Shown: positions 24,100 through 37,650, counted from the stretch's first letter. The stretch is DNA of 64,000 nt from Fimbriosthenelais zetlandica (GCA_977030845.1 OZ365110.1:44392001-44456000), one strand, 5' to 3'. Notes: generated by a model from the sequence alone, not told the origin. Made by a program: numbers and translations.

Positions 24100-27000
24100 T
24101 GAAAAGCATTGTTCAGTTAACAAACTGGGACGAAAAGGTGAGGGAAAGATAATCAATCGACCTTTTAGTTACACATTCCTGGAAATAAACTGAGAGAATG
24201 AATTCTCATTGTATAGATTGTCATCCAATTCTTCGTGGGAGAGGTTCCAACGTAAGTATAATGTATTACTATTCTGATCGTCAAGTTACAATCATTTTTA
24301 CAGTGAATCTCGGGAAGGGACATTAAAATTTGACATAATATACCCAAATGGTAATAAGAAGGCGTGAGAAGCTGGAGGGCGGCCAGGACAAGCAAGTAGT
24401 ATAAGGAAAGTAACAAGATAGTCTGGCTTGCCACTAAGTAGTAAAGAGCGAAGAGACGAAGCTTCAGGCGTCATTTCCTCGAGATCGAAAGGTTGACGGC
24501 CATTGTTAAATTGAACGATTCAGTAAACGCATTAAGCGATTAGGTCGCTTTTTTCTGTTGATTCTAATGCATTTTCATCAATAATTCAGAAGTGAGATTA
24601 ATGTGCCGTGTGTAGATAGATTTATCTCTCACTTTGCTAACATTACTCATTATTATAGACCTTGTCCTATATGTCCTATATAGCTTGTGTCTATACCTAG
24701 ATTTATGGAATTGCTCGTTTAATATTGCATATATACATTTTTGACTCAAATTTTGTTCAGAGAAATTTTCGGGAATGGGGAAATTCTTTGGATTTGGTGA
24801 ATGCTTATTCCATTAAGCATGGGTCAGAGTGTGTCGGGGGATCAGGCAGTATTACAACAGGTTTAATAGCTCCTGAACAATGCCCTGTTTTTGCGCGGCA
24901 TTTGATTCAATTACTGATTCATTATGACATCAGTTCCTTTCCTTCTTCAGTAAATTATCGACTGAATAAAACCATTGTTGGCGCTCCTTTCAGACGCCCC
25001 TTAACTGAATGGAAAATTCGGCAGGGTGACATTTGATTTGCATATAATAGCTCTGCCTTTCCATTTTTCTATAGTCATAAAAGTTTGGGAGTGTTTGTGG
25101 GTGGAGACCGACTGAAGCCTGCTTTGTTCTGCCGGGATTGGAGCCCATGTGTGCGGGTGAGGGTAACCACGGCTGCCCGTCCTCACCCCGGGCTTGCCGC
25201 GCGCTGCCTCCCTCTATATCTGCAGGACGCGGGTGGGACGCCCGCGCTCCTAGGGCCATTGTATCATTTACTGAACAAATACAGGTCTGCAGGGTAAACA
25301 CGTGTTTAATTAAAACCCGTCTTCATTTTATTTAATGGGGAAATGAAGACGCGCGTCCTGGCAGTGGCTTTGTTAGCGGACACGATGGGCTGGTGATCAT
25401 GCTTTTGTTCTGGCCATGTCTATGCGCCTTGAATTAACTAGACAAGCGGTCAACCTATACCGGGAGATCCGACCTGGCCACATCTGCTGCTTCCTCCTTT
25501 CTTATCATCCCGCCTTTTGTTTGACTCACTTTTACTGAAATGAGCCTATGTATTCGTCCTTAGACTTTTTACTCTCCCTCTATTCCACGGTTGCTGGCAA
25601 GAAATACAACACGTGCTCGAGGAGAGAAGAGACCTGATGAAAAAAGTTCTTCAGGTCTTATTTCTACACTTCCTCTATACAGATGTACTAATTATCACGA
25701 ACTGAAGCAATATCACTTTCTCGTCCACATCCTTCATGTTTTTATGCTATTTTTTCTTATTCGGATTTCATCAGTGTGCAAACTCTTGCAGTGGATATAA
25801 AACCCATTTTTGAACGTTGCTTGCATACAGAAATCCGCCAAAAACTGTAAGGTTCAACTTTCTCACGAGTTGTGCCAGGTGACGCAAATGCTATTAATAG
25901 CAGAATGCCTTTTGCGTTTCGCCTTCTGCATTGTCGCTTGACAATACCGTGCAAACTAGCTCAGTGAGGTGGCATGCAGAGTGTGCGATGACATTCTCCC
26001 GCTCACTATATGTATCACCACTAGGCTTACGTATAAATAACCGCTTTTAATTTATTTTTATACAAATTACAGAAAATTTGAAAATGTTAAAATCCACTCT
26101 GAGAAATGAATGAAGTTTCATTTCAATTTGCCGATGATTGAAGCCGGGAACATAGGCCTAACCTTGAACTTTTGTATAATGAATGCTAATTTAATTTTAT
26201 TTCTGACAGTGAAATACTCATAGATGCATTCATGCACTCATGGCTGAGTGAATGTATGAACCTTCATCAAGCTGGGGTTAACATTAGATCGTCTTTTCCA
26301 TGGGGAATTGTCAAGCATGGCGGTGCATGATTTTGCCTGCAGCTCATAGCTGTACACATGTGTTCAGCTCGTCTCCTCTGTCCTTGCCACTCATCAAAGG
26401 TCACCTATAAGGAAGGAGTTTTTCCTCCGTCTCATCACGTTTCAGGATGACTATGGATGGCGCACGGCCTGCTTATTTTACCATCGACTATAACCAACGT
26501 TCTTTTTACGGATGGCCAGGAATAAACGTTTAGGCCTATATGTATTAAGATAGGCCTATATTACTAGTTTAAAATTAGGCCTAGGCTTCTGTATTGCCTA
26601 TAATTTCGGTTGCAAAAGGACAGCATGGTTTGAGCCATTTTGCTGATTCAGCAAACCTGTCCAATGCATGGGCCTACATATATGATAAATATGGTCCCAA
26701 AGAACTCCCAAAGTTTGTTATAGGCCTACCCCGAAATTGAAAGGAAATATTTCCACGCATGAGGAGGAAGACTTTATTCATAAATGTCATCGCCATAACT
26801 TCCCCTGCTCTTCACTGGCTGTGAAGTTGGGACAGGCTTTGAAGATCAGCACTCTGGATGTAATAGAACATAATTTCATCCCGAGTGCTCACTGTGACAG
26901 AAATGTCCCGTCAATAATAATAAATTATGCAGGACGACATGAATTATTTCTATCTTTTCATAGAAAAAGAAAGGATCTGAGCCTACTTCTTCGGCTTGGG

Positions 27001-28099
27001 ATGAATTATACATCTCAAAGTTGGAATTCATGTTCATCCCAACATCAAGATGATGCTAATATAACTAGATGGATTCGAAAATTCTTCCAGACGATCGATT
27101 TAACATTTCTTTTCAGTGAGCCTGTCTGGCTATAGGTTTAAAAGAGTGGGGGTTTGGGGGTGGAGGGAGCCTAATCCCCGCCCTTGTCCCATGCAGCACA
27201 TGCCTACGTCGGACGTACAAGTGGCGCCGACCAATCGATGGCAAGTGTTGACTCTAGCTGGGCAGTGAAGGCTTTGCCCAGGCGCGCCATGCATGCAGGA
27301 CCACCGATCCGGACCCTCGCCTTGTTTGCACGGACCACTCGGTAAACTAAACAAACCATCCGTTGCTATGGTTACGACAGCCTCTTTAAACATATTGCTT
27401 CATTCTAAATTCACATGTTGATGGTAGCATACATATCCACGAGCCTGTTCATATAGGACTGCAATGCGACAGTATAGACGAAGGGGATTCGTCGACATTG
27501 AATGAATGCTGCAGATCCGACCCCCCTAGACCCCCACATGCCCCCTCCCTTGCACCTAATACTGGAATGTGCTGGATGAACAATATCCCCCTTTATCATC
27601 TCGAAAGGCCAACTGATTAAAATCAGAACAAATTAGGAATTACAGAGAGCCAAGTGTTTAGAAAATTTCATTTTATCTGTTACTTCAAATCTTGACATTT
27701 GGACATTGACATGGACCTACTTTCTAAGTAGATAATCAGGCTGATTAATAAAAGTTCAAATAGAACTTTTCCTGATGGAAGCTGCTCTGAACTCTTTTAT
27801 GCTAGCTTTGGTTTAGGCATCATAGGCCTATTATGCCTATACTTGTTGGGGGCACCTTTCCAATATTTGTGGTCCTATAAGGGCTTTTGCCAATACAATG
27901 ATCATGTGCCTTACTAGAACAAAAAATTTTCTTTAACAAGGCATATAATTTGGTAATGAACGTATCCTTTTAAGTAGGATTTCGTTGGTAAAGAATTAGG
28001 CAGTGTGTTGCAGCACTTTGAATGACGAAGCAAGGTCACACAGCCATGATGGAATGTCTCTATGTAGCCTACATTCCTACCACTCGGCAAGTGGCGCCC

Positions 28100-29550
28100 C
28101 CGTCATGGCCGTAATGGGAAGCCACTTGAGAAGCCACTCTACTTATCTCATGTATAATGACACACTGGCTTCCACTTAACTCCATTTACCCTGCCTTCTC
28201 AATTATATATACTGAGGCCACGAGGTTGTACGGTTAAACTAAGCAACATTCTTAAACCGACTTGGACTAATCTTGAGGATTTCCACTTCGAAGTTAATTG
28301 CAATGAGCAATGAGAAGGCACGTGTACCTAGTTTTAAGGGCATTGCCCTCGATTCATACGTTACTAATAACTGTACTAATGCTACTTCTTATATTAAAAT
28401 TTCGTCTCTGTAATTCGGCACAGCATGTGGGTTCATGACTAGGCTATCTTCAGATAATCCCTCAACTATACATTTCAAATTAAGTGTTCGCCATACGTAT
28501 ACGTCGCTTACATCTAAATCTAAACTGAAGGTGGAAACTATAACTGGAGAGCAAGAGATTTCAACATTAGATTTGACTATGGAGAAGTCTGGAGTAGGAG
28601 CTAGGGGATGAGTGTGTGATGTTGAAGAGATTCATTGGACAGGTCGATAGACTGACCATATCCAAGAGAGCTTGAAGTTGAAGGTGCAGAGACTTCAGAT
28701 GAATGGGTGCAAACTAGGTAACTGAGAACGGGCATACACATTGTATTATTTTGGCCAAAACTATCTTGTTTCTACCGACTACCAAATATGAGAGAATGGA
28801 TGGATTGATTCCGAGTCCCTTGATTTCACATTTAGAAAGGGTCAAGTTACGAATAATTTGGAAACGGCCGTGAGTGCAGTTGTGCCACAAGGTCTAAAAG
28901 GAGAGAGAAGTCGTTGGTGAAAATATTATTAGAATGAAGCCTAAATCTAGAAGCATGACACAAAGTAACGATCCCAGAAGAGAGGCGAGGATCTCCTTCC
29001 ACTCCAGAGATGTCGGGTTATAGGCCAGTGAGACTAATAGCTTAAGTTTCTAGGATTAGGCTAATATCGAGAACCGAGGTTATCATAAGGTTTGGCTTGC
29101 TCCAGAAACCAAGAGATGCTTCTATACAATCAGGCGTTTGTGTATTTACCCCGAATGGGCAAACATTTCTCAAGACTCGAGACTCAAAATATCCTGATTT
29201 TCTGGAAGGAAGCCATGGTTATCAGTGGTGCTTTCAGGGCCGAGAAGCCACAGTATTTCTTGGTGTTTTCAGGAACATTTTTTAAAGAATCTTTTTGGTT
29301 ATCATTGTATTGAAGGACATGCGGGCCAGAATATAGAGGAAGCAGTTCTTATAGCGGTGAGAGATTGGGGAGCAGTATAGGCGACAAGAGCACAGGCGGA
29401 ACAGAGGCAGAGAGACGAGAGATAGGCGCTTGTAACATCCAAGTTTAATACTCGTACATGTCGATACCATACACACTGTATTAGTAGTAAATAGTAGTGA
29501 TAGTCTTAAATGAAAAGTACATGAGATTAACTGTAGAATCAAAGGTACAT
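28100..29550 (-). mobile_element. Possible highly decayed LINE relic (I/Nimb-like RT C-terminal region)
   Basis: Only loose, stop-riddled similarity to I-clade RT segments on the minus strand; no intact catalytic motif seen. Confidence 0.25.
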
Positions 29551-29899
29551 ACAAGTCAAACCAAAATCAAAGGAGTTGTGCAGTGGTTACAGCTACGAGG
29601 TGCAAAGAGATAACTATAGAAGGGCCAGGTCTACGGCGATTGAAGCTGCTTTTAAGTTCTGTAGTTTAGTACACTGTAGATGACAACGTAAGCAGTCTAT
29701 CACCTAGTCTCAGCTACTCCTCTGGAGAAAGTAAAGGGATAAAATACTAATTATCCTCTTGTATCAAGAAAAATATTTCTTATCGCTAGCCTACCGCTGG
29801 AAAGTGAATGTACGACATAGATACGTCTCTAGGACCTAAAGACTATAATACAGGTAGTGCATAATGTCTGTATATACCCACAAGATATCATCACCAAGA

Positions 29900-32800
29900 C
29901 TAAACGCATACAATCTCATTTTTATTACAAAAATGATATTTTAATATCTCTGCTCTGCTTATTACAAGACATCTTTGTATAAATCAATATGTACCCATCT
30001 TTTTTTTTATCATTATTTATTAACACTTTGTAGCTTTCGTGGTAAATAAACCCATGGTTCTAAAAAGAACCACGTATTTTCCAATAAATAAAAACAAGTA
30101 AACCTCGATAATAAAAAAGCTACAAACATCCTTGTTTCCTTTGTTTTGTTCCCATGAAGTAGGCACATGTACACCCATGGGATCCACATTCATCCCGTTT
30201 CTGGGCTCAGATCTTTGTTTTTACACACAGGCTACTATTCACCTTGTGATAACTGGGCATAAAACATCAGTTGTAACAATTTTGAAGCAACTGTCCCAAG
30301 AGTATTGACTAGCCTATGCTGTTGATGGTGGGATCCCGATCCTGTCTTTTCGCAGTCTTGCTTATTTTTTCTCCCTCAAATTTCTCCTTAGATGTGAAGT
30401 AGCTGCGTTGGTTTGTTGTACAATTTCATATGACTACGCAGTTCACAAGTTGACAATTGCCAATTGTTTCACCACATAGAGATATGCTGCTGCTCCTGCT
30501 CTGGCCTTTCGTTCTCCAGGATCCCAAGTTTTCACTGTCACGGACGTTTTATCAATCGCCCACTTGAAAACCATCATCACAATGTTTAATGTTTTGTGTT
30601 TCCATGACAACATCAGCAAGCTCAGGAGCAAGATGATAGGAGTCAGACCCTGTGTATGTGTAATAGTAGTCACAGTACCGACGCGGTTCAAACCCATCTC
30701 TACTCCAGCAGCCATCTCCCCTTAACGAGGAAGAGGGGATAAGATGGAGAAAAAAGATGGACACGCGGCTGCATCGAGTGCCACAGTCAAAGTTTCTGTA
30801 AGCATTGATAAGCGTCCCTTGGTATTCCGTTCATAAACACCAAATCTCGCTCCCTTTGTCAGTCCACAGTGAATACACACACCTCAGTAGCATATTGTCT
30901 TTACTATGCACTAAAAAGTCAAAAAGTCTCTCTTGAAGAATACATGCTTTCTATGTGGCAGATGAAGAGTTGTAGAGACGAAGAAGTAGTGAAGAAGTTG
31001 AAGAAGAGGAGGAGGATCTCGAGTTGAAACGGTTGAAGAAGATGAATCAGTTGAATTGGATTTTCTTTCTACAGACTGTTGCTCATTAACGACTCTAACT
31101 TCATTGTACAATACATGGGACAGTTCCAACTTCACAAAAATATATTTCTTCTATAACCAAAAATAAACATTTTTGTCCATTGCAACAAACATTGTTATCA
31201 CTTCATGTGGTCTTCCAACAATCATAACAAATCCATGGGAGAGTTTGAGAATAAAAATTTGGTGGAAATGAATAAAGCTAGTAGTAAAAACCTGGATCCT
31301 TCTCAAATAGGGGGAAGGCGATTGTCTTGTTTTAAAGGTACAAATACTCTGTAGTGATAAATAGGGTGAAATAACTGTGGGATTCTCAAGGAGATTAGCA
31401 CTATCAGAAGCAGATCTTGGTGTCTAAAAAGAGGGGCACTGGATGTTAAAAATTCAGATAGAAGGAGGGTATAATAGCCATATATATATATGGGAGAGCC
31501 CCTACACCCTGGTCTTCCCCCCCTGATCCCAGCAAAGCACTTGAACAATGGGCGCCGTCTCTATCTCTCTTAGCCAATTCCATATACCTACAGACGACGT
31601 GAGTACAAGGGATGGTCTTATATTCTTTGTGTAATGTTAAAGGAAGAAACCCGAGGCGGCCGGCATTCTCTGGAATTTGTACACGTATAGTAGGCCCGTC
31701 CACCATTCTACATTTTAAATATGAGGGCAAATTTCCTACATTCAAACATTTGGGATTCTACAATCATTGGGCTGCCCAAAAAAATTCACTAAATGCTAAG
31801 TTACAATGGATCACAAGCAAAGTAGTAAACTTCAAAAATTTGTCTTATGAAGAAGTCCATATTCACCATACTCTAAAACCTTAACTAGTACACGAACATG
31901 TTCAAATGTGCAGAAACAAGGGGACATACAAGGATTACTCGCCCTAACAAAGCTTGCCTTTTTCCTTCTTACTCTTAGTTTGGACGATATTATAACATTT
32001 TTTTTGCGCAGTACAAGATTGGTATGTTCACTCGCAAGCATGAAATAAGGACAAGGATAATATTCTAAAAGGGGATAATGGGTGAAGCGTTAGGTCAGAC
32101 GGTTCTAGTCATGATATACCAGCGCACAAAGCCACCATTGGAGAAACAGTGCATACACAAGTAAATTGAAAGGCGCATTGGAATGCCACTTGAACAGAAG
32201 TCTACTGGATTCTTTCAGCTCTTTTTTGGATTTTCCAATACAGCCTGTTCAATTTTCTCAACTAAAAAGGTATGACCAAAACAGCTCAACAGGAATCACC
32301 ATAACTCTAATAATAAAACAAGTTCTTCCCATCACATTTAACGTTGAAAAATGCAAAAATATATATTATATATATCATTATATATCCAAACCTTGGTAAT
32401 ATTATAGTCTTTTTTCCCAATCGTACATTGAACACCCAAATGCAAAAATAGGAATTATAAAAACGACTACCCTAACTGCAAAATTATGATACCTGACCAC
32501 TGGTTATAAAAAGCTACGAAAATACTCTGCTTCCGACTCTGCCCCCAGGTCTGCTAAGGCACTCTTCCAGCTTGACACACCCTCCTTCCTCCTCTGCCAG
32601 CTGTCACTCAGCTGGTAGCCAGGTTTCTCTCTTCTTTCTCAAAATATTTGCACATTCGCCTTTAGTTTTTTTGTTACTTTAGTCATTAAGATGACGAAAA
32701 TTTTAGCTGTGGGGCTGGCTATGAATTAACATTTCTCTTTCGTTTTTGTTTTTAAAATGACATCTAGCAGCTTTTCATTTTTTTGTTTTGTAATCTGCAC

Positions 32801-34766
32801 ACTACACAACCTGATGGGTACGTGGACTTGTAACCTCCTAGGTACATATATTAACAAGGCGTTTATATGCAGCAATGGCCCCTAGTCCTTTGTTTGACAA
32901 AGGTAGGGAGACCTCTTCCACCTTCTAACAAATACATGTACATACCTTCGACTTAAAATTACACTTGCATCTTTGGTTTGAAAAAAATGTATATATTCTA
33001 CACAATTATATAGCTCGGTCAGTAAAAGGCATGCATAAAAAGGTGTCGTATACACCCGTTAATAAAACGGTAAAGCTTTAATACAGGTACAGATATATAT
33101 GCAATAACCGTTCATTGTCTGGGGTCGTGGGCTCGTTTCTAACACTGGTGCTCTTATAGACGGGTTACTAATTAGATGTTACACACTGCTAGTACTGCAC
33201 TTGTCTTGGTGGTATATAACAGGGATGTCAAGTGGTCAAGTGGCAGAAATAAAAACAATTCTTTCAAAAACTCCTAGGTCATAAAGACTCCCTCTTCCCC
33301 CTCTCTATCTCCCAGGGTCGTTTGATTAATGAGAGTGGCTGCTAAGAGCTGCATTTCATATATCTTTTTTTGCAACGACAGGAGTAGAACGGGACCAAGC
33401 AAAAACCTGTAGTAAAACTAGCTGCTCAATGGCTCAAATTTTGGAAGAGGCTAACAGTATTATCATGGGTGGACCGGTTTAAACAGTGTACACAACCAGT
33501 TCAAACATGACCCTAAACCGGTTGGTATAACCAAATAGTGTATATTATAGGTAACCAGGCCTCCGCTAGGTATCTGTGGGTAGATAGTACGGCCACGAGT
33601 ACACATTGCGATGAGGCTAAGTTCCCTTCTAAAGTCCCTCTCAAACAGGCCCGGGTCCTATCTATATATCTACCACTGACTTATTGTACAGAATGTTATC
33701 TCTACTCACACCTCCCCGATACACACGTACATCTGCAACTGCAAAGCATGTTGCTTTCTATGTTGAATATATTTTTAATAATAATTATAATATATAGTAT
33801 ATATAAGGAACACGGAAGTTTACGTACAATAGGACTAAGAATTTTTGTACACCTTTCCTATGATGTATGTAATAATGTATTAATTATGTATGTATGACTA
33901 CACATCAATGTCAGGCACTGCTCGGTTCAGTAACAGACAGACACAGTGCCTGTTAACTCAGCCTCTTTCTTTAACTGGTTACCTATTTATTATCAAGATT
34001 AACACAAAGCAATGTTTTGTTTAAATTCATCCAATGTCTTATAATATAAGGAACAACAACAACGCCCATTACAATGGCTTGAATAACATATCTACAACAG
34101 GGCATGTCAACATTCACCTTGTAAGTCCTGAAAACATTGTCCTTGTATTTTTTAAAAGGTTTTGTTTCATGTTTTTTTTTTCATAGTACCGTATTGTCAC
34201 AGCCTTTGGGATTGCAATGGACTAGCAGACCCGTGGACAGAGAGCAAAGTACCACCATCATAGACTGATTTCTTATCTTCATTTTTTTTCCACCTTGACA
34301 GTCTATCTTAATTTATCAATTAGTGACGGGTCTACAGCTCGAACCCTTAAAGACTACCACAGTTCTCTTTTTGATTTCGTCGAGAAAAATATATGGAATC
34401 AAAGTAAGGCCCTTGATTTTCGTCATCAATATTATCATCATTTTCATCAATATTTTCATCACCATCAAAAATTTTACACAATATACGAATTATTTCTTTT
34501 CAGGGTTTCCTGTGATTTATTCCTTCCTACGCGTTGAATATAATAACTATTTTTTCCAATGAAATTCCATCTTATATTACAAATTGACATAAAAACAACT
34601 AGAGGATTCATCGTACAAGAGGAGAAACAAAATTCTTCACCACCTGCCACCACCACCACAACCTAATTCATCCAGCCATCGGTGGTCTATTTTGGGTCGG
34701 GGGATTGATGGTGATTGGGAATTCTTTTTTTTTTGTTTGAAATTCTAGGTCTGTGTTGAATACATG
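29900..34766 (-). other. PTBP: Probable long (up to about 4.9 kb) 3' UTR of PTBP
   Basis: Follows the stop at 34767. Minus-strand AATAAA candidates at 34516-34521, 33986-33991, 30016-30021 and 29921-29926 (the last followed by a GU-rich tract). The actual end cannot be fixed from sequence. Confidence 0.4.
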
Positions 34767-34847
34767 TTACTGCCCGGGTACGAGCGTGGACTTGGAGAAG
34801 GACACACGGAGATGAGCCGCCTCTCCCAGCTGATAGTTGTGCATGGC
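34767..34847 (-). CDS. PTBP: PTBP last coding exon (RRM4 end)
   Basis: ttcgttccag|AMHNYQLGEAAHLRVSFSKSTLVPGQ-TAA; the HLRVSFSKST terminus is diagnostic of PTB. Confidence 0.93.
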   Translation of the reverse strand, partial: AMHNYQLGEAAHLRVSFSKSTLVPGQ

Positions 34848-36873
34848 CTGGAACGAACAAGAGGGCAAACACGGTCTGCTGGTTAGATGACCGATTTGGT
34901 GAAGGACACGCGCAGATGGTGAGAGTTACCCAGCTCAAAGTTGTGCAGAGCCTGAAATGGGAAAACAGGAAAACGAAGGATGTAGCAGCGGGGGACAGAC
35001 GAGAGAGAGGGAGGCTAGCCAGCGACATGCCTTTACTTTCCATTTCTTCTTTTTGTTTTTTTTTCTCCATCGGTTTCAATTTTCCTTTTGTATCTATTTC
35101 TGTTTGTTGATCTCCTTTTTTTTCTGGTTTCTATTTCTGTGAGATCATTCTTTATCCTCATTTTGATCTTAAAGGCCGGGTGGGAAATAAACATCCCTAT
35201 CATCTATCAGGTCTTCATTGTCTTCAGCATAGGCTGATTCAAGAGGGCAAGCTTTCTCTGAAGATATTCTCACATTCTTAAATTAATTTCTGAATCATAT
35301 ACTCTGATTCAGCTTGGCCGGATTCTTAAATGTTTATGGCATAAGACTTTTTATCCATAGATTCATCATTGTATTCATTTGCCGTGAGAGGCATAATTTG
35401 TCTGTAATGCATTGGGTTTGTCCTGTGTTTGAAAATGAGGAACTCAAAACGGAGGATTCCCAGGCGAAAATTGTGCGGTTCCCTTGCCAAAATCTAGGCA
35501 AATCCAAAATAACCAGCGTACAAAAATTCGATTGTTCCTCATTGCAAAAAGAAGCCAAATGAATCAAAATCAATTTCGGAATCAATTTGTCCAATCTTAA
35601 TCATCATTCTGGGGCAGTCAGGCAGCGAAAATGATTGAAAAATGAAATAGTAGCATAGGGACCCTAGAACCGTAGTGGTATCTTAAATATATAGTCACAG
35701 AGAGGTAAACATGAAAAATCTGGGAAACATTCCAGGACTTAAAGACTAGGTCTAAGGTACAGGGGGATGCAGGCTTAACAAGTAGGTAGAAAATTAAAAC
35801 TAATATTGGGAGAGAATGTAGGGAGGAGAATCTTAAAGACTAAAAGTGGAAAGGGGAAGTCAAGGCACGAACAACAGGCATTCATCAACAATCAGTGATA
35901 GACATAACAATAATCAACAATCATGTGCAAGAGAAATAATCAACGTATGAATAATCAATCACTAGGCTACTGCAAAATGAGTCGATCATTAATTAAAACA
36001 TACACAAGTCTGTGATAGCTCAATGATTAATGTGTTCATTACAACGCCTTATAATCATTGTATCACGACTGAATCAATAAGTTGCATATCAACCAACTAC
36101 TAGACAAAATGCTCAAGTAAGCGTTTCTCTGACTAGGTTTGATAATAATCATGTAGAATATGTACAAATTATCATCGCTCGTGCTCGCATTTACAGCTGG
36201 ATGCTATCAAGTGATGACGTTCAGTGGATGGGGAGGAGCCAGCGTGTTGTATTTAGTGCAGCATAAACGGCTGGCATGCAGGCCGGTCGTATGTATACAC
36301 TGTATTTACAAGGAAATTACGGCGCTACAACTTACAGGAAATACAAGACCATGGATGTGTGCATTGACTGTCATCTGTCACGACCAGAATCTGACACTAA
36401 GAGGACTCCAGATGAACACCAAGGTGTCATGCAACACAGTGACCTTTTAACCTGGCTCGTTTTCGGTTGATGTCTCACGAGCAAACAGCTCCCTGAGCAC
36501 CCCACTTAGGTGAGCAGCTCAACCAAGCAGGCAATATCAAATCTCATTTATGAGCAATATTGCATCAGGAGGGGCAGCCAGGGACTTGGTGGGTGGGTGG
36601 AAATCATAATTTAAGCAGCTCTGAGCAATAATCAAGGTGTAGGTGGCTGGTAGATGTAGCAGCTCGTTTAATACACTGAGGTCTGGTCGGGGGAAGGGGT
36701 TTGGAGCTATATTTGGTTCCCTGAGGTGCAGAGGCAACAGTTTACACTTGCCCAGTGAGGGAATAGTCGGGCCTGGACACTGAGGGGCAGTTTCGGCTGC
36801 TAAGTAGAAAGGGGTGTTCAGGGGGTGGATGCTCGTTGGACAACAAAGGTCTGGACCAGTTACTTATACTTAC

Positions 36874-36937
36874 AACAAGTGCGTGAACAGCCTCCTCTAT
36901 AGTGTTCATCTGGATTAGGGCCATCTTCCTATCTTTC
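36874..36937 (-). CDS. PTBP: PTBP exon (RRM4)
   Basis: tttttatag|(Q)KDRKMALIQMNTIEEAVHALV|gtaagt. Confidence 0.93.
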
Positions 36938-37650
36938 CTATAAAAAGTTAAAATCAGGCCAAAATTAAACACAGTTCATCATGTAAAGGTTTGTGATTGT
37001 CAGTATATTTCAAGAAAGGAAAAGTGAAGGGAGGACAAAAGTAAAATATGAAATAGATAGAAACAGAGAAAGGTAAGAATTGCCAGGTAATGTCTGAGAG
37101 AAAGAAACAAAAGGAAAAAAATCAAAGAGGCGATATCTCTGAAATCTCCCACTGGTTTTATATTTCTAGTGTCTGTCAACGGAGATGGAGCTCACAACAC
37201 AAGTTGCCAGTTGGCAAAGACTAGGGGAGAATAAAAAAAGATAAACTTGCGTGGGGTAAAGAGGTAGAGTGATATGTAGAGAAGAAAAAAAGTTATTTCT
37301 GAGGAAAACAGAGGAGTAAAAGGTTGGAGTGGGAAAGCATGCTATGGAAAGATGAGAGTGAAAAAGAAGAAAAATCAGTTTAGTCCTACCCCAGTGGAGT
37401 GGGTTCATACCTAGAGTAAGATTGAGTTCAAGAGGGAAAAGGAAGAACAGAGAAAGAGAAAGAAGTTAGTTGATGGCGTGAGACTGTAGAAATACATACA
37501 TAAACATTACACCCAATCTAGCACTTCTATATCTCTTGACATTTTTAAAGGGAAGACTTGTCGATAAGATGAACAGCATCGAACCAGCATATGAGTAATA
37601 AATATAAACACTCGGTGATGCATCAAGGCAGCCACACATACATTTACCTA

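Noticed and set aside
25130-25260. Twister or HDV-like ribozyme (CAAGCCCGG on minus strand; TCCTCAC loop on plus strand)
   Set aside because: The twister P4 stem and pseudoknots cannot form. For HDV, P1 has a mismatch, the P1.1 GG is missing and there is no catalytic J4/2 C-x-RA. Kept only as an unclassified structured element.
25628-25660. CTGATGA inside a hairpin, hammerhead-like
   Set aside because: No stem II followed by GAAA.
26737-27135. 132-aa plus-strand ORF
   Set aside because: Non-ATG start, no recognisable homology, no supporting splice chain.
30443-31135. Several 70-90 aa minus-strand ORFs
   Set aside because: No recognisable domain or consistent exon chain; probably within the PTBP 3' UTR.
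32500-32640. Second PTBP last-exon-like peptide GYQLSDS
   Set aside because: No polypyrimidine acceptor and no HLRVSFSK continuation; the match comes from a CCAGCTG inverted repeat.
35370-36720. Alternative terminal exons in the last PTBP intron (acceptors near 36720 and 35420)
   Set aside because: The peptides are unrelated to RRM4 and would truncate the domain; the splice sites are no better than chance.
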